NCBI RefSeq assembly: GCF_006345805.1
Contig: NC_043021.1
Coordinates: forward strand, 27,652,001-27,716,000
Reading direction: 5' to 3'
DNA: 64,000 nucleotides
Origin: Octopus sinensis
Taxonomy: Eukaryota
Part shown: one piece after another, positions 1 through 11,904 of the stretch
Layout: each line of letters begins with the position of its first letter
How positions within the stretch are numbered: the first letter of the stretch is position 1
The notes under the pieces: generated by a model
The model's input: the letters and a program-made list of their open reading frames with translations, nothing else
Database searches by the model: none
What the model was told of the DNA's origin: nothing
Translations under genes and position numbers: made by a program

Positions 1-104
1 GGGCTATAGTAGAAGGCACTTGCCCAAGGTGTCACGCAGTGGGATTGAACCCGGAACCATGTGGCTGGTTAGTAAGCTACTTACCACACAGCCACTCCTG
101 CGCC
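1..104 (-). mobile_element. tRNA-derived SINE family A, 5' head (cut by window edge)
   Basis: Reverse complement reads GGCGCAGGAGTGGCTGTGTGGTAAG (A box) ... GGGTTCAATCCC (B box) ... TTGGGCAAGTG. The same head recurs at 4244, 37422 and 42806. Confidence 0.85.
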
Positions 105-254
105 TATTGTTGAGTTTTACTGAATTCCATGGTAAGGTTAATATTGTTGATTATATATATATATATATATTTTTTATATATACACACATATACAGGGTGA
201 GCCAAAATTCACGTATCTTAACATTTTTATTTACATTATGTTATTATTGTTATT

Positions 255-715
255 GAGTGAGAGACCAGTGCATGCCGCATCAAAGTGAACTATACGAAGC
301 CCTGTATACCCACCATCAATACATATCTGGAAGGTTACACCAGGCACATGCATCACAACCATATGCGCCCGACATGTTGATCTCACATCAAGATTAACAG
401 CGCAGGGCCTTGCAGATGGGGATCAGTAAAATTTTTTTTCAGGTCGAGTAGCTCATGCCGCAAAAATCTCCCTGAACAAGGATGTTAAAACGAAACATCA
501 GAGGTTAGTTATCCAAACTCAAAAGAATTCCTCTCAACACGTGACTACGATGCTCCCCGACTACTTCTGCTCATGATCAGAGATGCACATATCAGCTCAA
601 CTGGTTAAGGTCAAGCAATTGACAAACAAATCTGTGGTATTGAGCAGAATATTTGCTGTATTCCTTCTTTTATACCAAGACAAAACGATCTACATGATAA
701 AACTTATTATTATTA
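255..715 (-). repeat. ~460-bp interspersed repeat with (TAA)n tail, copy 1
   Basis: Colinear similarity to 1209-1700 (e.g. ACACCAGGCACATGCATCACAACCATATG, CTACTTCTGCTC.TGATCAGAGATGCACATATC, AAATCTGTGGTATTGAGCAGAATATT). A (TTA)n run lies on the left, so the tail is on the minus strand. Confidence 0.75.
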
Positions 716-717
716 TT

Positions 718-947
718 AGTCAAGGCGAAGAGCGCGATTCGATTGTAAGATATTTTATTAGTCGAACGATATTTCAACAGTACGTCTGTCTTTGTCAAGT
801 CAAAATAAGAAGTGATAAAAATTCAATTTCTGTAATTTTGAATTTTTATCACTTCTTATTTTGAACTTGACAAAGACAGACGTACTGTTGAAATATCGTT
901 CGACTAATAAAATATCTTACAATCGAATCGCGCTCTTTGTTTTGACT
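718..947. repeat. near-perfect ~110-bp-arm hairpin (MITE-like or PLE-derived fold-back)
   Basis: 718-826 is the reverse complement of 838-947 with few differences. The loop is TTTCTGTAATT. Confidence 0.9.
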
Positions 948-979
948 GTTTACCTTTGTGAAGAGTTACGTCCAATCCT

Positions 980-1176
980 TTTTGGAATCTTCTTCTTCTT
1001 CTTCTTATTCTTCTTCTTCTTCTTCTTCTTTCTTCTTCTTCTTCTCTTCTTCTTCTTCTTCTTCTTCTTCTTCTTTTTCTTCTTCTTCTTCTCTTCTTCT
1101 TCCTCTTTTTTCTTCTTCTTCTTATTTTTCTTTCTCGCTTCTTCTTCTTCTTCTCTCCTCCTCCTCTTCTCCTCTC

Positions 1177-1209
<33 letters not shown>

Positions 1210-1210
1210 G
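980..1210. repeat. (TTC)n followed by (TTA)n microsatellite
   Basis: Direct reading of the sequence. Confidence 0.95.
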
Positions 1211-1700
1211 AGTGAGAGAGCAGTTACTGCCATCAAAGTGACACTGGGGTAAAATATACGAAGCCCAATATACCCATCATGACTACCGTCTGATAAAGTA
1301 CACCAGGCACATGCATCACAACCATATGTGCGCGACATGGTGATCTCATATCAAGATAAACAGCACATGACCTTGCAGGTGGGGCCCAGTTAGAATTTTC
1401 TTCAGGTTGAGTAGCCCATCCCGCTCAAACGGTCCCTGAATAAGGGTTGCTTAAGGATGTTGAAAGCACCACCCATGTTTCCAGAGGTGAACTATTCAAA
1501 TCCCAAAGAATCCCTCTCAACACATGGCTATGATGCTCCCCCACTACTTCTGCTCGTGATCAGAGATGCACATATCGTCAGCCACTAAGGGACATGCTCA
1601 ACTGGTTAATGTCAAACAACTGACAAGCAAATCTGTGGTATTGAGCAGAATATTGCTGTAGCCCATCTTTTATCACAAGACAAAGCAATGTACATGATAA
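1209..1700 (-). repeat. ~490-bp interspersed repeat with (TAA)n tail, copy 2
   Basis: Similar to 255-715 and preceded by (TTA)n. Confidence 0.75.
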
Positions 1701-1767
1701 CACTTCCAATCAGTTAAGATCAGAAGGCATAGAGAGAGCCACTGCTGGTACTGCATCAGGGCATTTA

Positions 1768-1835
<68 letters not shown>

Positions 1836-1837
1836 GT

Positions 1838-2230
1838 TAGACAAGACAAAGAGCGCAATGCGATTGCAATAGATATTTTATTTGTTGATGGATATTTCGA
1901 CAGCAAACCTATCTTTGTCGAGTTCAAAATAAAAAGTGATTGAATATTCCTCTTTTTCGTTTGTTTTTTTCTTTCCTTTTTTCTTGTTTTTCTCACTCAT
2001 TTTTGTGTCTTTCTTTTCGCCTGTTATAAAATTTGAACGTAAAAACTGATGATGTCATTCCATCCACGTTGGACGCTGGCTGCTCTCCTTAATTCTTTAG
2101 ACTTGAATTTTTATAATCTTGAATTTTTATCAATATTTGCTTTGAATTCAACAAAGACAGGCTTGCTGACGAAATATCGCTCAACCAATAAAGTATGTAT
2201 TGCAATCGCATCGAGATCTTCGTCTGGTCT
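1838..2230. mobile_element. diverged MITE-like element of the same family as the 718-947 hairpin, with a longer spacer
   Basis: The left arm (GACAAAGAGCGCAATGCGATTGCAATAGATATTTTATT...) and the inverted right arm (...AATAAAGTATGTATTGCAATCGCATCG) both resemble the 718-947 arms. Confidence 0.6.
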
Positions 2231-2512
2231 CTTTTCTTTTGTGAAGAACCCTTTTAAATTATTATTATTATCATCATCATCATCAATAATATTTATACGC
2301 TAATCTGTTTTTTGTACTTACCCAACGTGTGTGTCACGCATAAGAGAAAGAATTTTTTTCGCATAAATAAAGATTTTTTAACTAGGTCTACATGTTGCAT
2401 TACTACTTCTCAACACTCATGACTGCTGGGCCACCAAAGCAGCAGCGTTCTTAATGAGAAAATTTACCCACTTAAATTTGAGGCATGCGTCGACCAAGGA
2501 AGAGAGGAAGTG

Positions 2513-2567
<55 letters not shown>

Positions 2568-2644
2568 GAAGGAAGTGGCTGATAAATATTTGAATTCCTT
2601 TCTACGATTGAACAGAAACTGATCCCTGGCTATTAATGGTCCAA

Positions 2645-2681
<37 letters not shown>

Positions 2682-3757
2682 ACACACACACACACACACA
2701 TGTTTTAAGTCTTCTACCCATTTCAATTCGGCTATACACCAGATAGCATGTTAGACTGTTCCGAAATATAAATTTTGAATTTGTTTTAATTATAAAATTA
2801 CACCTCAGCTAAAAAGACATCTTTTGGTTTTGGAATACAACCTTTTCTTTCTCTTTCTATATCTTTTGTTGAGTTACAATTTTTCTGTTTTGGTCAGGAA
2901 TTTTCCAATTTCTTTTTTTGTATCAAGTAATGGACGAAAGCATTTAAAAAAATTAAAGTCATATAGCCGAACAAAATCAAAAATATTAACTCTTTTTTAG
3001 GTGGTACACACATATTCATATATATATATATATATATGAATGTGTGGTGGAAATAAGCGCAACTTTCTCCTTCTATATTTTTTTTGCTAGATTTTCTCTG
3101 TTTTGGTCAGGATTTTTCCAATTTCTTTTTCTTATATCAAACAACTGACGAAAACATTTAAAAAATAGAATTAAATTCGTAGAACCGAAGAAAATGAAAA
3201 ATGTTAATTCTATTTTTTCCCTTTACGTTTTACTTTGCCATTATATAATTAATTAGCGTATCCTATAAACAGTGTCCTTGCATCTTATGTGAGTATTTCA
3301 GAAATATTTCCCCCTCCTTTAAACAAATGCATTCGTACATGGTTTTCAATTGAAACACTCTGAAACGCTCTGGAGATTTATTGTGTTAATAACAGGTTTT
3401 AGAATATGGATAATCGCATGATAATATGGATAATCGCATGAGGGACTCAGCAGGAGAGCGTCAGCGTAGAAGGGGAGAACGGTTGCGCAAGAAACAGTTG
3501 GAGGAAATATGGAATCAAAATCGGGCGAAGATGAGAGGGAGGAGGAGCAAAATAAGCCAGGAGGAGAGGTAGCGGATCCGACGACAGAGGAGGGAACGGA
3601 ATGAGCAAAGGATAGAAGAAATGAGCCGGGACGAAAGAGAAGTGTGATTTGAAAAGAAGCGAGACAGAGATCAACAGAATCAGGTCTCTCTCGGGATACC
3701 AACAAATCACAAAATCATAACAGCCAGCAACACCAACAACCACCACCTCCAAGCCCG

Positions 3758-3811
<54 letters not shown>

Positions 3812-3822
3812 GTATATATATA

Positions 3823-3861
<39 letters not shown>

Positions 3862-3891
3862 TATAATATATTATAATAAATATATGTATTT

Positions 3892-4094
3892 ATGTTTGTT
3901 CCACCCACTATCGCTTGACAAACGATGTTGGTGTTTTTATGGCCCCCGTAACTTAGCGGTTCGGCCAAAAGACCGATAGAATAAGTACTAGGTTTGCACA
4001 CAAAGAATACGTCCTGAGGTCGATTGACTCCACTAAAGGCAGTGCACCAGCGTGGCCGCAATCAAATGACTGAAACAAGTAGAAGAATGAAAGA
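3892..4094 (+). mobile_element. SINE family A, 3' half
   Basis: GACCGATAGAATAAGTACTAGG ... CAAATGACTGAAACAAGTA is shared with the full copy at 4244-4620. Confidence 0.8.
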
Positions 4095-4100
4095 ATGTAT

Positions 4101-4163
<63 letters not shown>

Positions 4164-4243
4164 CATATATATACATATACATACACATATATATATATGT
4201 ATATAAAACATATATATATATATATATATATAAAACATATATA

Positions 4244-4620
4244 GGCGCAGGAGTGGTTGTGTGGTAAGTAGTTTGCTTACCAACCACATGGTACCTGGTT
4301 CAGTCCCACTGCATGGCATCTTCGGCAAGTGTCTTCTACTATAGCCTCGGGAGCCTCGGAAACTGAAAGGAGCCCGTCGTCTATATGTATATATGTGTGT
4401 GTATATGTTTGTGTGTCTGTGTTTGTCCCTTCAACATTACTTGATAACCGATGCTGGTGTGTTTACGTCCCCGTCACATAGCGGTTTGGCAAGAGTGACC
4501 GATAGAATAAGTACTAGGCTTCCAAAGAATAAGTCCTGGGGTTGATTTGCTCGACTAAAGGCGGTGCTCCAGCATGGCCGCAGTCAAATAACTGAAACAA
4601 TAAAAGAAAAAAGAATAAGA
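4244..4620 (+). mobile_element. SINE family A, near full length
   Basis: tRNA-like head with A and B boxes, internal (TG/TA) microsatellite, and 3' GACTGAAACAA plus an A-rich tail. Confidence 0.88.
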
Positions 4621-5013
4621 ATATATGATAGTGACCATTCCCTACTGTTAGGAATATTGTCAGAGCTCAGTCTAAACAACTGTAGGTCGAGGCCCACGTG
4701 ACTATCTTCTTTAGTACGGGGCCGCGGCTTTTTTCTCTCCTTTTCACAAATTCATTTTCTTCACTGATTCTCACTCAAACAAACAACGAAAGCTTGGAAA
4801 ATTAAAGCAGCTTTGATCTGCATTTATTTAATACATTTCTTTATTTCATTTTGATGTAGTTGATATCTCGTCTGCCTGTCATTTGGAACGTATCCTAATT
4901 AATTCGGAATTAATCAATTATGAATTTCTATAAACTTAGAAGAAAGAAAACATTTGAAAGGCATTCATTATATTTCTAACCGCTTTCAAACATGTTTGTA
5001 CTTGTTCATATAT

Positions 5014-5074
<61 letters not shown>

Positions 5075-5075
5075 C

Positions 5076-5100
<25 letters not shown>

Positions 5101-5107
<7 letters not shown>

Positions 5108-6768
5108 CAACAATTGAGGGCAAAATTAATTATTATTATCAATTTCACCAAGTGTTCAGTATGCAAAGGGACCATTCAAGGCGAATTCAAATTATTAACA
5201 TTATATAAAAGGGCTTAGTAAAATAATTACTTTGCCGCATACTGAACTCATTAGAAATAGCAGCTAAAAAACTTTTTTAAGGCTATTTCTAATACTTAAA
5301 GAAAATCTCTCTCATATATAGTGTTTGCATAATTTAACTCACAAAAGTTTGGGGGTAATGACATCGAAAAAATCAATGCTAAGTTATTCGAGAACGTACG
5401 TTTCAAGATTAGTCAAAACAACATTTCTATCATCGGCTCGGAAATTCCTTGGTTTGGATTTGGAAACACTGAAAAAAAGAACATACCCTCTCGAAGATCT
5501 GCTCCCAACTACAGTGTCAACAAATTCAAAATAAGCAAGCGAAGAATCTCTGTTCTCCCCTTTCCACCAGCGTGGGTTAAAATCATCAAACTCTATGCTT
5601 ATTTCGGTAAAGTCCGAAGCATAATCAGAGGGAGATTAATTATAATTTCAACAATTGAGGGCAAAATTAATTAATTATTAATCAATTTCACCAAGTTTCA
5701 GTATGCAAAGGGACCATTCAAGGCGAATTCAAATTATTACATTATATAAAAGGGCTTAGTAAAATAAATTACTTTGCCGCATACTGAACTCATTAGAAAT
5801 AGCAGCTAAAAAACTTTTTTAAGGCTATTTCTAATACTTAAAGAAAATCTCTCATATATAGTGTTTGCATAATTTACTCACAAAAGTTTGGGGGTAATGA
5901 CATCGAAAAATCAAATGCTAAGGTTATTCGAGAACGTACGTTTCAAGATTAAGTCAAAACACATTTCTATCATCGCTCGGAAATTCCTTGGTTTGGATTT
6001 GGAAACACTGAAAATAAGAACATACCCTCTCGAAGATCTGCTCCCAACTAACAGTGTCAACAAATTCAAAATAAGCAAGCGAAGAATCTCTGTTCTCCCC
6101 TTCCACCAGCGTGGGTTAAAATCATCAAACTCTATGCTTATTTCGGTAAAGTCCGAAGCATTAATCAGAGGGAGATTAATTATAATTTCAACAATTGAGG
6201 GCAAAATTAATTAATTATTAATCAATTCACCAAGTGGTTCAGTATGCAAAGGGACCATTCAAGTTGCATACTGAACACTTGGTGAAATTGATTAATAATT
6301 AATTAATTTTGCCCTCAATTGTTGAAATTATAATTAATCTCCCTCTGATTAATGCTTCGGACTTTACCGAAATAAGCATAGAGTTTGATGATTTTAACCC
6401 ACGCTGGTGGAAAGGGGAGAACAGAGATTCTTCGCTTGCTTATTTTGAATTTGTTGACACTGTTAGTTGGGAGCAGATCTTCGAGAGGGTATGTTCTTAT
6501 TTTCAGTGTTTCCAAATCCAAACCAAGGAATTTCCGAGCCGATGATAGAAATGTTGTTTTGACTAATCTTGAAACGTACGTTCTCGAATAACCTTAGCAT
6601 TTGATTTTTCGATGTCATTACCCCCACCTTTTGTGAGTTAAATTATGCAAACACTATATATGAGAGAGTTTTCTTTAAGTATTAGAAATAGCCTTAAAAA
6701 AGTTTTTAGCTGCTATTTCTAATGAGTTCATATGCGGCAAAGTAATTTATTTTACTAAGCCCTTTATA
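5101..6768. repeat. ~541-bp unit in tandem (2.15 copies) followed by an inverted copy; PLE terminal-repeat-like
   Basis: Unit starts ATAATTTCAACAATTGAGGGC at 5101, 5642 and 6182. From 6264 the sequence is the reverse complement of ~5750-6250. Confidence 0.9.
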
Positions 6769-6769
6769 A

Positions 6770-6796
6770 AATATATATATATATCTATATATATAT

Positions 6797-6828
<32 letters not shown>

Positions 6829-6875
6829 CATATATATGCATATATGTATCTAACTATGCATACATGCATATATAT

Positions 6876-6912
<37 letters not shown>

Positions 6913-6988
6913 GTATAGATATATATCTATACATGCATGTATATATATATATATATATTATGTAATAATGTATAGATATGTTTATATC

Positions 6989-7027
<39 letters not shown>

Positions 7028-7198
7028 AATATATAATATATATATATATAAATATATTTCATAAATATATATATATACATATGTATATATACATATTATC
7101 TATATGTATGTATCTGTATATATAATATAAATATAAAATTATATATATAAGTATATATATATATATTTGTATATATATATATATATATGTATAACATA

Positions 7199-7273
<75 letters not shown>

Positions 7274-7403
7274 TATGCATATATGTATCTAACTATGCAT
7301 ACATACATATATGTATAGATATGTGTGTAAACCTATATATACATGTAATATATTTTTGTATTTTTGCATATATTTAATATATATATATATATTAGTGTGT
7401 ATA

Positions 7404-7454
<51 letters not shown>

Positions 7455-7729
7455 AGATATATATATATATATATACATGCATGTATATATATATATATAT
7501 ATGTATGTCTATATATGTATAGATATGTTTATATCTATATGTGTATATATATTAAATATCTATATAATATATATATATATTACATATATAAATATATTTC
7601 ATAAATATATATATACATATGTATATATACATATTATCTATAGTATGTATCTGTATAATAATATAAATATAAAATTATATATATAAGTATATATATATAT
7701 TGTGTATATATATATATATATATATCTGT

Positions 7730-7787
<58 letters not shown>

Positions 7788-7956
7788 GATATATATATAT
7801 ATATATATACATATATATGCATATATGTATCTAACTATGCATACATACATATATGTATAGATATGTGTGTAAACCTAATATATATGTAATATAATTTTTT
7901 GTATTTTTGCATATATTTATATATATATATATATTAGTGTGTATATGCATATATAT

Positions 7957-8003
<47 letters not shown>

Positions 8004-8090
8004 ACACACACATGTATATGTATAAATGTATATGTATGTATATTATATATATGTATGTAATCTGGTATGTATGTATATTAGCTATGTGAA
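6770..8090. repeat. (TA)n-based complex minisatellite with higher-order duplication
   Basis: TATGCATATATGTATCTAACTATGCATACAT recurs near 6836, 7275 and 7816 within (TA)n. Confidence 0.8.
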
Positions 8091-8379
8091 AGCGGTTACT
8101 GGTTACCATGGCAATGAACTGTGTACACTTCGCCATCGTTATCTGCCCGTTGACATTGCAAACCTGTCATTCAGCTTCTTTACTGATATTGTTGCTTATT
8201 GTACACATATTGATATCAGTGAGCGTATATGCATAGGCATACACACATATATACAGAACAGTCGTATACACACGCACACAAGAAATTGTGAACATTATTA
8301 TAGACACAAGATAACATGAAAATATAAGTCTTCAATGACGCAGTTGAATGTGTGCATGTGCGCATATATATATATAATA

Positions 8380-8410
<31 letters not shown>

Positions 8411-8549
8411 CACAACACACACACACACATATATGTACTTATATATATTTTATATTATGTATATATACACACACATACACTCACATAAATATCTACACAC
8501 GCACATACACTCACACACACATATAATAACAATTAAGGGTGCTACAAAG

Positions 8550-8600
<51 letters not shown>

Positions 8601-9378
8601 AAGTCTATATATACACGTACCTATATACACATAGATACATACATAGACACACATACACACACAGAGACATATATATACATATATATATATATATACATAC
8701 ACATACATGCATATATATATATATATATATATATACGTACGTATAAATTTGTAGCTATATATATGTCCGTGTATATATGTATATGTAGCCAAGTTCTGGG
8801 AGATATTTGCCTGCGGGATGGTGGATGGTGCCGGGATGAACGCAGGACGGTTTAGAGATGAGAGAAGTACGAGGTAGTAATGGTAGACGAAAGGTTAATT
8901 TAAAAATAATATGTCGTTTTTTTCCATATATATATACGGATATATTTGTGTGTGGAGTTTCGTTATCTTATACGAATCATATTTTCGTTACGATGTATTT
9001 GTTTTAATGATTTTTAAATATTTAAGGGACTTGGGTGGAAATATTAGTTTTAATTCTTTATGACTGTATGTATTCAATAGAAAGATGTTTAACTTTTTTG
9101 TTCCCAAGTAACAGGCATTTTGCGCCGTTTGATTAATAAATTATTCAGTTTGTTTGCAGTGAGGTCGTTTTATTTGTGTTAAAAATTTGTTATAATTCGG
9201 AAGTTTTTATCTTATCTATATTATACTATATATTAGCTATTTATTTTATTATAATTCTTTAATTTCATTTTATTTTTAATGTGCAATTTATTCGGTTAAT
9301 TTATTTTCTATTATAAGACATATATTTAATAGATATTGCTTTTTCGCTTGCACATGGTTCGGTGACGTTTTTGGTATA

Positions 9379-10608
9379 TTAGGTTGTCAAGAAAGTTCTT
9401 GCGGTTTTTAACCTTTAAATTCAGAAGCAGATATGTCGACCCAAACAAAACTTTATAAATCGAAAGAAACACCATCGAAACCAACACACTTTTGCCAACG
9501 CTAAACAAGTCTATTTATGCCAGTAGCATAAAAACCCTGCGTTCTTGCTGGTGATGAAGTCATTGAATACATATTTGGCATCGTCTTGGTTTTTGAAGCA
9601 TTTCTCACAAAGGAAGTTGTCAAGATGCTTGAAAAAGGGGTAGTCGGAAGGTCAAAGGTGTAGTGTGTATGGCAGATGAGGCAGAATTTCGTAGCCCAAT
9701 TCGTTCAACTTCTGCAGGGTCAGTTGTGCGACGTGCGGCCGAGCGTTGTCGTGGAGAAGAATTGGTCCTTTTCTATTGGCCAATGCTGTCTGTTGTGGGA
9801 GTTTCTCATGCATTTCATCCATTTGCTGACAGTACTTCTCCGCCGTAATGGTTTCGCCTGGATCCAAAAAGCTGTGATGGATGAGACCTGCCGCAGACCA
9901 CCGAAGAGTCACCACGACCTTCTTTTGGTGCAATTGTAGCTTCGTTGGCGTCCATTCACTGAGCTGAGCGTTGCCGCTTGTCGTAAAGAATCCACTTTTC
10001 ATCGCAAGTCACAATCCGGTCGAGAAAAGGGTCATTCTTGTTGCGTAAAAAAGGTTGTCGTTCAATTCGTGCGGCACCTATTTCTCAAGTATTTTTGTTT
10101 TTCCAATCTCTTTCAAGTGGTTGGAAATTGTTGTATAAATTATTTCTAATTCAGAAGCAAGCTCTCGAACAGTTGTGTGTGGATTGGCTTTGACTAAGGC
10201 TCTTAGTTGATCGTTGTCAACATCTGCTGGCTGACCACTACGCTTATCATCTTCAAGACTCTCGTCACCGCTACGAAATTTCTTCAACCACCGTTGTGCT
10301 GTTCGTTCATTAGTGATTCCTGAGTCAAACGCATCGTTGATATCGCGAGCTGATTCAGCTGTTTTTCGGCCTAGCTTGAACTGGAATAAGAAAATTGTGC
10401 GAATTTGCTTTTTGTCCATGTTGTATTCAACGTTCCGGAAAAAATGGCCTAATTATTCAAAAAGAAAAAGCGTTACACGATTAGACAGAGTGAAAAACGG
10501 GCTTTACAATGATATATAAATTGAAAGTAATTTAACGAAAATTAATTTGAAAATACATAATTGAAAACCAAAATAAAAAATTCCGTAAGAACTTTCTTGA
10601 CAACCTAA
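9379..10608 (-). mobile_element. full-length mariner transposon (Hsmar1-like), transposase disrupted
   Basis: TIR TTAGGTTGTCAAGAAAGTTCTT at 9379 with an inverted copy ending at 10608, and TA on both flanks. ORFs 10078-10419 (MDKKQIRTIFLFQFKLGRK... HTH) and 9652-10002 (...WSAAGLIHHSFL...ILLHDNARPHV) resemble Hsmar1/SETMAR transposase. Confidence 0.95.
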
Positions 10609-10847
10609 TAGTTTCCTGATTGGAATATGTTATAGAATGTAAAACTGTATATCTATCAGTCTCTGTTCATTTATTAATCCCTATGGCCACAGTTCTAAAA
10701 TTGTTGTTGCTTCTATTGTTATTATCATGTTATCTCTGTCTGATTCCGTAGATTTTGCTCAATACCTATATTTCAATAGTTCTAGTTCTTCGTTCTCTAT
10801 TTTTTAAAAAAATCACGATGTTCTTTTTGGGTAAACATTTTGTTTAT

Positions 10848-11130
10848 ATTATAGAGTCCAGAACTTTCTCCCTGTGAATTTTGGTTGATTCCCAAGCTGA
10901 AAACGAACCTCAGGAACTGTCGTTTGAAGATGAAGTAGGTGTGAGAAGGGCCCTTCACACCTTCACTTTCGAAGACTTCAATGGGGCGTTCATGAAGTGT
11001 CAAGAGGCAATACGAAGTCCAGTGAAGTCTCAGAATCCTACGTTAAAGAAGATCAGAGTTTTTAACTTTACTGAAGTTAATAAATGTCTCTTCTGAAAAT
11101 GTCTACAAATATCTGAAATGCACCATGGAC
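10848..11130 (+). mobile_element. mariner transposase C-terminal relic
   Basis: Translates to SPELSPCEFWLIPKLK.NLR (YSPDL motif region), then RALHTFTFEDFNGAFMK. Confidence 0.7.
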
Positions 11131-11585
11131 ATGCATAATCACTTTAACTCTTTAACTTTTTTTCAGATTTAAAGCCACAATCATGCCGTGGCACTACCGT
11201 TGGCTGTGGTAAACCTTCATCATTTGAAACCTCATCTGATATGTGACATTTGGCAAATGAGGGAATTTGAGGCTGCTGCTCTCATCTGTGTTTCCTGCCG
11301 TAAGGTAGGCCCATCTGGAGCTCTTGACAGGAGGAGATCTAGTTTTGCTTTGAAGACATCTATATCTACACCACACACACACACACACACACGCATATAT
11401 ATATATATGCGTGTGTGTATGTGTCTATCAATGTACAAACGCACACACACAATACATGTTTCGTTTTCTTAGCCTGTATTAAGCAGGCTCTCTACTCGAC
11501 ATGACAAAAGGTTCGTCTTGCAATGCTCCTTCTTCAGTGAACTCGGCATATCAGCTTCATGATCACAGAGCTCAGTGCATATATA

Positions 11586-11637
<52 letters not shown>

Positions 11638-11749
11638 CAAAGCAATTAAGATTCAAGTCAATTCCAATGAATTTACTTGAATGTGGTACTTAACTTAGAT
11701 GGTGTTAACTATATGGTGTTAACCATACAGTAATGTGGGGTGATTATAA

Positions 11750-11883
11750 ACGAGAAAGAAGCAACAAGAATGGATTAGTTTTTAGTACAATTGTTTCATA
11801 CAAAGACAGGCTTGTAATAAAGCCTGTCTTTGTATGAAACAATTGTACTAAAAACTAATCCATTCTTGTTGCTTCTTTCTCGT
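11750..11883. repeat. perfect palindrome, 64-bp arms, 6-nt loop
   Basis: 11750-11813 is the exact reverse complement of 11820-11883. The loop is GTAATA. Confidence 0.95.
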
Positions 11884-11904
11884 ATATATATATTATATAT
11901 ATAT

